Source: an uncultured Clostridia bacterium (GTDB lineage: Bacteria > UBA6262 > WVXT01). From it: DNA of 64,000 bases. Positions 28,148 through 36,210 of the stretch are shown piece after piece (positions within the stretch are counted from its first letter, which is position 1; every line of letters begins with the position of its first letter). The position numbers and the translations under genes were made by a program. The stretch is taken from contig CAYOFG010000002.1 in NCBI GenBank assembly GCA_964403285.1, positions 21,104 to 85,103 on the forward strand, read 5' to 3'. The notes under the pieces are model-generated. The model did no database searches. It was not told the DNA's origin and worked only from the letters and a program-made list of their open reading frames with translations.

Positions 28148-28279
28148 AATTCGGTACTGGGATTATGGCGTCAGAATATCCCGCCTTTAAACCCTCCTTT
28201 CAAAATTAACAAAATTTTGGAGTCCTCCCGAAAGGGAGGTTGAAAAAACAAACCCTTGTTTTCGCAAGGAGGTATGGAA

Positions 28280-29812
28280 ATGAGTGTTTCTAAAAATTTC
28301 TTCAAGTATTGCTTAGTATTTTCTTTAGTCCTGATAATTCCATTATGTATTCCAACTTTGGCGCAAGCAACCATCTATTATGTAGCACAAGATGGCAGCG
28401 ATAGTAATCCTGGAACGGAAACAGAGCCTTGGGCAAGTGTTGATAAAGCGGCAGATACAATGAAAGCTGGCGATACCGTTTATGTTAAACAAGGAACTTA
28501 TAGCGGATTTCAGGTATCCAGAAGCGGAACTGCTGGCAATTACATATCATATCTTGCCTACCCAGGAGCTACTCCAAAAATTGGGCAGATTTATTTTGGA
28601 GAAGGAGCAAGTTATAATAAATTTCACGGGTTTGAAATCACGTATCCCTCCGGAGGAGGGGTGCAAATGAACAATAATAATGACCATAACATGATATCAA
28701 ATTGCCACATTCATCATTGTAACCCAAGTGGAAGTTGTGGAGTGGATATAAGTGGTGGCAGTGATTTTAACATAATAGAAGATTGTATTATTCATGACGT
28801 CTACTATGCTGCTCACACGAGCGGAAGCACCAACAGAGGAAATGTCTTTCGCAGAAACATATGTTACAATATTTCTGATGATGGTTTTAATTTCTCTCCT
28901 TCTACCAAAGATACTCAGGTCATTGATAATGTTATTTATGACGTAGACTGGGATGGAAGTGGGGGAGCAGATGGTATCCACCTTTTCGAAGATGGGAGTG
29001 CAATTGTAAGGGGAAATTTAGTTTATCATGACCGTGCCGCGAGGGGCGGTGTCTTTTGGATTAACGGTGGAAGCAATCACATTATTGAAAATAACACGTT
29101 TGTCGGTCTTCCTGGTTTTACCACTGATTATGGCGGAATAATCTGGATTGAGGTAAATTCGAATGTTACTCTCAAGAATAATATCGGTTACTCAAGTAAC
29201 GGCTCAATAGGTGTGGTTACGGGGATAAATTCTTCTACGAATGATGATTACAATGACTGGTACAATTCTGTTAATAAATCGATGTGCGTGCGATACGGAG
29301 GGGAATGGAAATCTGTTTCTGAATATCAGAAGGAAGATGGTAGAGGACTCCATTCTATTTCCCTGAACCCAGAATTTGTAAATCCTGTAAGTGGTGAAAG
29401 TGGCGATTTTCACTTAAAGCCCGGGTCTCCTTGCGAAGGTACTGGCGAGAATGGGGCAGATATGGGAGCTTACGGCGTGGCAATACCTGACTCCAGTAAA
29501 GACGAGGGAAAGGCGGAGATCAAAGTCCTCAATCGCCCCAATCCCTTTCGTGCCGGCAAGGAAGCGACTCTAATACAATATGAACTCAGTCAACCTTCCA
29601 ATGTTATAATTACAATTTACAACCTCCTGGGTGAAGAAGTATGGCGTAAAAGTTATGAAGCGGGAGAAAACGGTGGCAGGGAAGATAACATCGTTCCCTG
29701 GGATGGAAAGAACGCCTCGGGAGAAGTGGTAGGAAATGGAGGCTATGTCTGCCGCATCTGGGTGGAAAAAGAAAATAGGTATGTGGTAAGGAAGATTGCT
29801 GTTGCCAAATAG
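28280..29812 (+). CDS. secreted right-handed parallel beta-helix protein (DUF1565/pectate-lyase-like fold) with C-terminal FlgD-Ig/T9SS-like sorting domain
   Basis: ATG at 28280 lies 7 nt after RBS aaggagg. Signal peptide MSVSKNFFKYCLVFSLVLIIPLCIPTLAQA. DUF1565-type start TIYYVAQDGSDSNPGTETEPW..ADTMKAGDTVYVKQGTY. Repeated N/H-rich beta-helix rungs. C-terminal NRPNPFRAGKEATLIQYEL…ITIYNLLGEEVW…WDGKNASGEVVGNGGYVCRIWV…RKIAVAK. Confidence 0.75.
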   Translation: MSVSKNFFKYCLVFSLVLIIPLCIPTLAQATIYYVAQDGSDSNPGTETEPWASVDKAADTMKAGDTVYVKQGTYSGFQVSRSGTAGNYISYLAYPGATPKIGQIYFGEGASYNKFHGFEITYPSGGGVQMNNNNDHNMISNCHIHHCNPSGSCGVDISGGSDFNIIEDCIIHDVYYAAHTSGSTNRGNVFRRNICYNISDDGFNFSPSTKDTQVIDNVIYDVDWDGSGGADGIHLFEDGSAIVRGNLVYHDRAARGGVFWINGGSNHIIENNTFVGLPGFTTDYGGIIWIEVNSNVTLKNNIGYSSNGSIGVVTGINSSTNDDYNDWYNSVNKSMCVRYGGEWKSVSEYQKEDGRGLHSISLNPEFVNPVSGESGDFHLKPGSPCEGTGENGADMGAYGVAIPDSSKDEGKAEIKVLNRPNPFRAGKEATLIQYELSQPSNVIITIYNLLGEEVWRKSYEAGENGGREDNIVPWDGKNASGEVVGNGGYVCRIWVEKENRYVVRKIAVAK

Positions 29813-31649
29813 AAAGCAGGCGAAGGTGGGAGAAAAGAGAGTTTTTAAAATATTCTGTATCTGGTTGTTAATTTTTGGGTTGCAGTGGCAATTTGTCAGG
29901 GTAGATAATTACTGCGGGATGCCCGATGACTATTTGCAATACGCGGTAAACGAAGTAGTAGTAACCGGCAGTGTCTATTATGTAGAAAAAGGTGGCAGTA
30001 ACAGTTGGGACGGTTCTCTTGAGCATCCCTGGCAGACCATTCAAAAAGCCGCCGATACTATGGTTGCTGGGGATACTGTCTACATTAAGGAAGGAGTTTA
30101 TACTGAAAGAGTCGTGGCTCAACAATCAGGCTCTCCTGAAAAATTTGTAACCTACATGGCATATCCCGGACATAAATCAGTTATAGACGCAGGCGGAACT
30201 GGAACGGCATTCAGTATCGTCGGGAAAAGTTACATAAAGATAGATAGTCTCGAGATAAAAAACGCTGGAGGCTGGGGAATACTTGTGGAAGATTCTACGA
30301 ACATTGAAATAAGAAATGTAAAAGTTTCTTACAGTAATTGGGAAAACATACAAATCAGAGGTGATTCCAGTCAGGTTCTTCTGGAAAACTGTGACGTCAG
30401 TCATAGCCAAAATTATTCTGGCATAGATATATATCAATATAATGGCCGTCCGCATCATGTGACAGTAAGGAACTGTACTGCCCATCATAATGAGCAATTT
30501 GCTGGCATAGGCAGTGAACAAGCAGATAATTTAATAATTGATTCAAATGTCTGTTATAACAATCGACTGGGTGTAGATATCGGAAGCGGAGACAAGAACA
30601 TTATTAGAAACAATACTGTTTACGACTGCGAAACTGGCATTGCTTTAAGCTCCAATGAAGATTCTGAGGTTTATGAAAATACTATTTACAATATTAAAAA
30701 TGAAGCAATTTATAGTTATTGCTTCAGTGTACACGGCGAAGCCCATACCAGAAATAAATGGTATAGAAATATAGTCTATAACTGTGGTTTTGGAATTTAC
30801 GAAAGCAAATGGGATAGGCAGCCAATTGAGGGGATTTCGTCAGACCATGAATTCTATAACAACCTTTTCTATGATATAGGAACCCACGGTACTTATCGCG
30901 TACCATTTTATTTCCAAGGTTCAACAGGCATTAAATTTCGTGACAACACTATCTATATGAATCCAAACTATGATGCAGTCCAATTCCTTCAAGGCGCCAT
31001 TAATTCAAAAATCGAAAATAACATTATAAGCATAAGTGGGGATAAATCTCCAATCATAATGGATAGTTCATCCAGTAGTGGTGCAGTAGTTGATTATAAC
31101 TGTTACCACAATAGGGCTGGTACTGTAGGTTCGGGGGAACATTCGATTGCTAAAGACCCAAAATTTGTTGATGTCCCGGGTCACGATTTCCATCTCCAAA
31201 AGACCTCCCCCTGCGTAGATGTTGGTGATCCTGCTACCGGTGCTGATTTCGACCTTGATGGTAGGCAGAGTCCCCAAGATGGTGATGGAGACGGAGACCC
31301 AATAGTTGATATGGGAGCTTATGAGTATCCAGGACCCAGTCCCCCTATCGAGGGAGTAGAAGTCCTCAATCGACCTAATCCGTTCCGTGCGGGTAAAGAA
31401 GAAACTCAGATAGAATATAATCTCAAGCAACTTTCCAATGTAACAATTACAATTTACGACCTCTTGGGTCAACAGGTCTGGCGTAAAAGTTATAGGGCAG
31501 GGGAAAACGGTGGCAGGGAAGTGAATAGCGTTCCCTGGGATGGGAAGAACGCCTCGGGAGAAGTGGTAGGAAATGGAAGCTATGTCTGCCGCATCTGGGT
31601 GGAAAAAGAAAATAGGTATGTGGTAAGGAAGATTGCTGTTGCTAAATAG
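29802..31649 (+). CDS. secreted beta-helix protein with same C-terminal sorting domain; N-terminal signal peptide and first mature residues homologous to the FadL-like barrel genes
   Basis: Probable TTG start at 29802, 7 nt after an aaggaag RBS embedded in the last codons of the upstream gene. Signal peptide NRKQAKVGEKRVFKIFCIWLLIFGLQWQFVRV, then DNYCGMPDDYLQY matching the barrel N-termini. Beta-helix core, a DGDGDGD calcium-like loop, then the sorting domain. Exact start codon is uncertain (29796/29802/29826). Confidence 0.65.
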   Translation: MPNRKQAKVGEKRVFKIFCIWLLIFGLQWQFVRVDNYCGMPDDYLQYAVNEVVVTGSVYYVEKGGSNSWDGSLEHPWQTIQKAADTMVAGDTVYIKEGVYTERVVAQQSGSPEKFVTYMAYPGHKSVIDAGGTGTAFSIVGKSYIKIDSLEIKNAGGWGILVEDSTNIEIRNVKVSYSNWENIQIRGDSSQVLLENCDVSHSQNYSGIDIYQYNGRPHHVTVRNCTAHHNEQFAGIGSEQADNLIIDSNVCYNNRLGVDIGSGDKNIIRNNTVYDCETGIALSSNEDSEVYENTIYNIKNEAIYSYCFSVHGEAHTRNKWYRNIVYNCGFGIYESKWDRQPIEGISSDHEFYNNLFYDIGTHGTYRVPFYFQGSTGIKFRDNTIYMNPNYDAVQFLQGAINSKIENNIISISGDKSPIIMDSSSSSGAVVDYNCYHNRAGTVGSGEHSIAKDPKFVDVPGHDFHLQKTSPCVDVGDPATGADFDLDGRQSPQDGDGDGDPIVDMGAYEYPGPSPPIEGVEVLNRPNPFRAGKEETQIEYNLKQLSNVTITIYDLLGQQVWRKSYRAGENGGREVNSVPWDGKNASGEVVGNGSYVCRIWVEKENRYVVRKIAVAK

Positions 31650-32928
31650 AAAGCAGGGGAAGGTGAGAGAAAAAACGGTTTTTGGAATATTTATTATTTG
31701 TTTATTAATTCTTGGGCTGAATTGGCAATTTGTTACAGCAGAGAATTACTACGGAATGCCTAACGACTATTTGCAGTACGGGGCAGGAGCGAGGTCTTTA
31801 GCCATGGGAGGAGCGTATGTAGCCCTGGCAGATGAGGCAAGTGGACCTTATTGGAATCCTGCAGGCTTAACACAGGTTGAGGAATACCAGTTCCTTTCTA
31901 TGTATGCTCCCTTCTTTGAACAGACTAGTTATAACTTCCTTTCTTATGTTAATCCACTGGGACGGCTGGGGAACGTGGCTATTTCCGATGTTTTTCTCTA
32001 TTCGGGAGGGTATGAAGAAGTTGATAAAGACGGAAACGTTCTGGGCGCGAATCAGTCAATATTCAATAATGCCATAATTATTTCTTATGCAAACAGAATT
32101 TATAGACACTTGTCCCTGGGAGCAAATTTGAAACTGATTCATGAGCGAGTGATGAAATATTCAGGGAACAGCCAGGGAATAGATTTGGGGATACTTTGTA
32201 AGCCTTTGGATGAACTGAGTATTGGCTTAGTAGTGCAAAATGTACTCCAGCCAAAGGTGACTCTGATAGATGAGCCTAACGTGTATGGTACAAATGTGAA
32301 AGGTGGTGTGGCATTGAAAACATACTATAACCGCCTAATACTGACCGCAGATATCAATAAGCTCGTTGACGAGAAAGCATATTTCTGTACAGGAGTAGAG
32401 TTTTCTCCCTGGGAGAAGGTTACGTCCTCTTCTTTGAAAAGAATAGATCTAAGGGCAGGAATCAACCATTTGCAATCATTTACCTGTGGAATAGGATTAA
32501 AGATAAATTTTTTCTCTCTGGATTACGCATTTAATATTCATAGGATAGGAAATCTCCACAAATTTGGCCTTACTTTTCGCTGGGGAAGTATCTATAAAGC
32601 GAGAGCCAGACCTGTTCTGGGGTCAGGAAACACTTATTGGGTTGGACCATCGGGGGAGCCCCTGAAATTTCTTATCGAAATGCCATCAATTACTATAGAA
32701 AAATGGACTCTGACGATAAAAGATGAAAAGGAGAAAATTGTGACGGCCTTCGAAACGACGAGGCATAGACCGAAAATTATCAGGTGGAATCTACGTGACC
32801 AGAAAGGAAAGTTGGTAAAGAACGGATATTATTACTACGAATTTAGCGTTATTTATAAAGATGGTAAAAAATGGATTGACAATGGAGAGATAAAGCTCCA
32901 GTATAAAGAAACATTGCCAAATCAATAA
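31639..32928 (+). CDS. FadL-like outer-membrane beta-barrel (PorV/PorP-SprF-like) with additional C-terminal FlgD-Ig-like domain
   Basis: TTG start lies 7 nt after an aaggaag RBS inside the upstream CTD codons. Signal peptide ending VTA|EN. YGMPNDYLQYGAGARSLAMGGAYVALADEASGPYWNPAGLT. Barrel ends in FGLTFRWGS. An extra ~100 aa (…IEKWTLTIKDEKEKIVTAF…IIRWNLRDQKGKLVKNGYYYYEFSVIY…) has an FlgD-Ig-like motif pattern. Confidence 0.6.
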   Translation: MLNRKQGKVREKTVFGIFIICLLILGLNWQFVTAENYYGMPNDYLQYGAGARSLAMGGAYVALADEASGPYWNPAGLTQVEEYQFLSMYAPFFEQTSYNFLSYVNPLGRLGNVAISDVFLYSGGYEEVDKDGNVLGANQSIFNNAIIISYANRIYRHLSLGANLKLIHERVMKYSGNSQGIDLGILCKPLDELSIGLVVQNVLQPKVTLIDEPNVYGTNVKGGVALKTYYNRLILTADINKLVDEKAYFCTGVEFSPWEKVTSSSLKRIDLRAGINHLQSFTCGIGLKINFFSLDYAFNIHRIGNLHKFGLTFRWGSIYKARARPVLGSGNTYWVGPSGEPLKFLIEMPSITIEKWTLTIKDEKEKIVTAFETTRHRPKIIRWNLRDQKGKLVKNGYYYYEFSVIYKDGKKWIDNGEIKLQYKETLPNQ

Positions 32929-32976
32929 TCCTGCCCTATAATCCCTGCCTTAAAACCCCTTTAAAATTTACAAAAA

Positions 32977-33016
32977 CTTAACAAAAACTTAACATTTTCT
33001 TAACATATACTTAACA
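32977..33016 (+). repeat. four direct copies of CTTAACA at exact 11-bp spacing (starts 32977, 32988, 32999, 33010)
   Basis: aaaaCTTAACAaaaaCTTAACAttttCTTAACAtataCTTAACAtc lies in an AT-rich intergenic region about 240 bp upstream of the 33253 beta-helix gene. One-helical-turn phasing suggests a protein-binding array. Confidence 0.6.
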
Positions 33017-33252
33017 TCATTGTGTTATACTTAGATTGTAGTAATCATAAGCTGTTCTGAAAACTGAATATTTTATGGCTCGATAAAGGCAAACCATTCG
33101 AAAGGGTGGGACGTAAAACCGCGGGTCCCCGATATATCAGGGACAGCCGGGTTACCGAAGCCAGCAAAGTAATAGATCCCTGGTTTTTCGAATGGAAAGC
33201 CAGGGTTTTCTATTTTATTAGCCATAAACGACTCTTCAAGGAAGGTAGTGCT

Positions 33253-34851
33253 ATGAGGGTTTCCAAAAAATTATTTAAATATCGTTTAGTGTTTTCCGTA
33301 GCCTTAATAGGTTTATTATGTATTTCAACCCGGGGACAAGCAACGACATATTACGTTGGGGAAAATGGCAGTGATACTAATCCTGGGACAGAAGCAAAGC
33401 CCTGGCTGACTGTTGATAAAGCTGCCGATACAATGGTTGCTGGCGATACTGTCTACATTAAACAAGGAACTTATAGCGGATTTATGGTATCCAGAAGCGG
33501 AACTGCCGATAATTACATATCATACCTTGCCTACCCGGGAGATACTCCCATAATTGGCCAAATATATTTTGGGAATGGAGCAAGCTATAACAAATTCTAT
33601 GGTTTTGAGATTACCTATCCCTCTGGCGGAGGGGTACAGATGAATCATAACAACGATTATAACATAGTATCAAATTGCCACATTCACCATTGTAATCCAG
33701 GTGGAAGTGTTGGAGTTGACTTAAGTGGTGGTAGTGATTTTAACATAGTAGAAGATTGTATTATTCATGATTGCTACTATGCTATTCACACAAGTGAAAG
33801 TACCAATAGAGGAAATATTTTCCGCAGAAATGTATGTTATAGGATTTCTGATGACGGTTTTAATTTTTCTCCTTCTACCGAAGATACACAGGTTATCAAT
33901 AACGTTATTTATGATGTAGGCTGGGACGGAAGCGGGGGAGCGGATGGTATTCATCTTTACGATGATGGGACCGCAATTGTAAGGGGAAATCTGGTTTACC
34001 TTGATAGTGATTCAACGGGAGGCGTCTTTTGGCTCCATGGGGGGACAAATCACGTTGTTGAAAATAACACATTTGTTGGTCTTCCTGGTTTTTCTACTGC
34101 TTATGGAGCGATAATCTGGCTGGAAATGGCTTCCAACGTTATTCTCAAAAATAATATTGGTTATTCAAGTGATGCTTCAATAGGTGTGGTCATGGGAATA
34201 GATTCTTCTACTAATGATGATTACAACGACTGGTATAATGCTTCTGATCCGTCAATGTGTGTGCGGTATGGAGGGGAATGGAAATCTGTTTCTGATTATC
34301 AGAGCCAGAATGTAAGGGGTTTGCATTGTATCTCTCAAGACCCAAGATTTATAGATTTTGCAAACCATGATTTTCACCTGCGGCCCGATTCTCCATGCAT
34401 AGGCACTGGTGAGAATGGAGTTGATATGGGAGCTTACGGAGCGGGAGAATCTGTTCCTGTTTACGAAGATCCGGAAGTTCCTGTTTACGAAGATCCGACA
34501 AAACCCGACTCTTCAGCCGAGAATCCACCAGAAACTGAATCCCAGAGCGATGGTGTGGATGGAGTCCACAATCAACCCAATCCTTTCCGCGCGGGTAGAG
34601 AGGAAACTCTTATAAAATATGGTTTAGAGCAATCTTCTAATGTAACAATTACTATTTACGACCTCCTCGGTCAAGAGGTATGGCAGGAGAATTATCGTTC
34701 AGGAGAAAACGGTGGTAGAGAAACGAATAGCGTGTCCTGGGATGGAAGAAACCTCTCGGGGAAAGTGGTGGCAAATGGAGGTTATTTCTGTCGCATCTGG
34801 GTGGAGAAAGAGAGAAGGCATATGTTGAGGAAGATTGCTGTCGCCAAATAA
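33253..34851 (+). CDS. secreted right-handed beta-helix protein (DUF1565-like), paralogue of 28280..29812, with C-terminal FlgD-Ig/T9SS-like sorting domain
   Basis: ATG at 33253 is preceded by RBS aaggaagg. Signal peptide MRVSKKLFKYRLVFSVALIGLLCISTRGQA. High identity to the 28280 gene throughout the beta-helix. The linker has PVYEDPEVPVYEDP repeats. C-terminal sorting domain ends RKIAVAK. The 33106 ORF-track start adds an unsupported 49-aa leader. Confidence 0.75.
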   Translation: MRVSKKLFKYRLVFSVALIGLLCISTRGQATTYYVGENGSDTNPGTEAKPWLTVDKAADTMVAGDTVYIKQGTYSGFMVSRSGTADNYISYLAYPGDTPIIGQIYFGNGASYNKFYGFEITYPSGGGVQMNHNNDYNIVSNCHIHHCNPGGSVGVDLSGGSDFNIVEDCIIHDCYYAIHTSESTNRGNIFRRNVCYRISDDGFNFSPSTEDTQVINNVIYDVGWDGSGGADGIHLYDDGTAIVRGNLVYLDSDSTGGVFWLHGGTNHVVENNTFVGLPGFSTAYGAIIWLEMASNVILKNNIGYSSDASIGVVMGIDSSTNDDYNDWYNASDPSMCVRYGGEWKSVSDYQSQNVRGLHCISQDPRFIDFANHDFHLRPDSPCIGTGENGVDMGAYGAGESVPVYEDPEVPVYEDPTKPDSSAENPPETESQSDGVDGVHNQPNPFRAGREETLIKYGLEQSSNVTITIYDLLGQEVWQENYRSGENGGRETNSVSWDGRNLSGKVVANGGYFCRIWVEKERRHMLRKIAVAK

Positions 34852-34865
34852 ATAGGTGTAGATAT

Positions 34866-35819
34866 ATGAAAAAGAGATGGCTGAAATCATCGGGAGTAGC
34901 AGACTTTAGTCTGCGTTTTCTTGTTTTGGTGTTAATTTTTGGTATGCATTGGCAACTTGCCCGGGCAGATAATTACTATGGAATGGCTAATGACTACTTG
35001 CAGTACGGAGCAGGAGCAAGGTCTTTAGCATTAGGGGGAGCATATGTGGCACTGGCAAATGAGGCGAGCGCGCCTTATTGGAACCCTGCAGGCTTGACAC
35101 AAATTAATAAAAACGAGTTCCTTGCCATGTATGCTCCCTTCTTTGAACAGACAAGTTATAACTTTGTTTCCTACGTTCATCCCCTTGGAAGACTGGGGAC
35201 TTTGGCTATTTCCGATGTTCTCTTCCATTCCGCAGGGTATGAAGAAGTTGACAATACGGGAAATGTAATTGGCAGGAATAAATCAATATTCAAGAATGCA
35301 GTAATCATCTCTTACGCGAATAAGATTCATAAACGTCTCTCTCTGGGAGCAAGTTTGAAACTGGTTCATGAGCGAGTGATGAGATATTCAGGGAATGGCC
35401 AGGGAATAGATTTGGGGATACTTTATCAGCCGTTAGACGCGCTGAATATCGGATTAGCCGTGCAAAATGTCTTGCAGCCGGAGATCACCCTAAGATACGA
35501 CGCCGATGTGTATGATATGAATTTTAAGGCCGGTGTGGCGCTGAAGACATTTTCTAACCACCTCATCCTGACTGCGGATGTCAATAAGCTCGTTGACGAG
35601 AAGGCGTACTACTGTGCCGGTTTGGAAGTTTCTCCCTGGGAGAAAATATCTTCGCCTTATTTGAAAAGAGTGGATTTGAGGGCAGGATTCAACCACTTGC
35701 AATCATTTACCTGTGGAATAGGATTGAAGATAAACTTTTTCACCGTGGATTATGCCTTTAGTCCTCATGACATGGGAAATCTACACAAATTTGCCCTTAC
35801 TTTTAGCTGGGGAAAATAG
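34866..35819 (+). CDS. FadL-like outer-membrane beta-barrel (PorV/PorP-SprF-like), partner of the upstream CTD protein
   Basis: Signal peptide MKKRWLKSSGVADFSLRFLVLVLIFGMHWQLARA|DN. DNYYGMANDYLQYGAGARSLALGGAYVALANEASAPYWNPAGLT. About 85% similar to the 31639 barrel without the extra domain. Confidence 0.6.
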   Translation: MKKRWLKSSGVADFSLRFLVLVLIFGMHWQLARADNYYGMANDYLQYGAGARSLALGGAYVALANEASAPYWNPAGLTQINKNEFLAMYAPFFEQTSYNFVSYVHPLGRLGTLAISDVLFHSAGYEEVDNTGNVIGRNKSIFKNAVIISYANKIHKRLSLGASLKLVHERVMRYSGNGQGIDLGILYQPLDALNIGLAVQNVLQPEITLRYDADVYDMNFKAGVALKTFSNHLILTADVNKLVDEKAYYCAGLEVSPWEKISSPYLKRVDLRAGFNHLQSFTCGIGLKINFFTVDYAFSPHDMGNLHKFALTFSWGK

Positions 35820-35954
35820 ATAACGCGCGAAAAGGAGCTGTTCAAAAAGACAATGCAAGTTGCACTAATCCTCATAATACTCCTTCTCATCGCTTTGTGC
35901 ATGGTAGGAAAATAAAGAAATCGAGTGGCTCAACTCAGGTAGTTAAGGTAGACG

Positions 35955-36005
35955 CAAATCCCGAATTTGCTTGAAATCAAAGCAATTCGGGATTTCTTAT
36001 TTTAT
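35955..36005 (+). terminator. Rho-independent terminator after the cassette region
   Basis: About 14-bp stem (caaatcccgaatttgc…gcaattcgggatttc) followed by the T-tract ttattttat. Confidence 0.6.
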
Positions 36006-36049
36006 GTGGGAAATTATGCCCCTTTAGAAGATTTGAGATAAAAAAATTC

Positions 36050-36077
36050 TTGACGAAATCTTGAAAGAAGGTATAAT
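36050..36077 (+). promoter_or_regulatory. sigma70-like promoter for tRNA-Arg
   Basis: TTGACG, 16-nt spacer, then TATAAT (36072-36077), about 55 nt upstream of the tRNA 5' end. Confidence 0.5.
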
Positions 36078-36133
36078 ATGAACAGGAAAACAATCAAATG
36101 TATATTCCAATCTGAAATAGAGAAGAAAAGAGT

Positions 36134-36210
36134 GCCCTCGTAGCTCAGATGGATAGAGCAGCGGTTTCCTAAACCGTTTGTCGGGAGTTCGAATCCCCCC
36201 GGGGGCACCA
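36134..36210 (+). tRNA. tRNA-Arg (anticodon CCU)
   Basis: Manual fold: acceptor stem GCCCUCG/CGGGGGC with one G-U pair; D-arm GCUC-AGAUGGAUA-GAGC; anticodon stem GCGGU/ACCGU with loop UUCCUAA; variable loop UUGUC; T-arm GGGAG-UUCGAAU-CCCCC. Encoded CCA at the 3' end. Confidence 0.85.

Noticed and set aside
32977-33016. CRISPR array interpretation of the CTTAACA x4 repeats (and of the GC-rich repeats at 63170-63560)
   Set aside because: Repeat units are only 7 bp with 4-bp spacers (CRISPR repeats are 24-48 bp with similar-sized unique spacers). The GC-rich repeats are irregular in length and spacing. No cas genes are present in the window.
33106-33252. 49-codon N-terminal extension of the 33253 beta-helix gene (and analogous extensions at 28256, 5891, 16243, 26690, 36657)
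   Set aside because: In each case an internal ATG or GTG with a good Shine-Dalgarno at proper spacing begins a canonical signal peptide or conserved N-terminal motif. The upstream extensions run through hairpins or terminators or lack an RBS.
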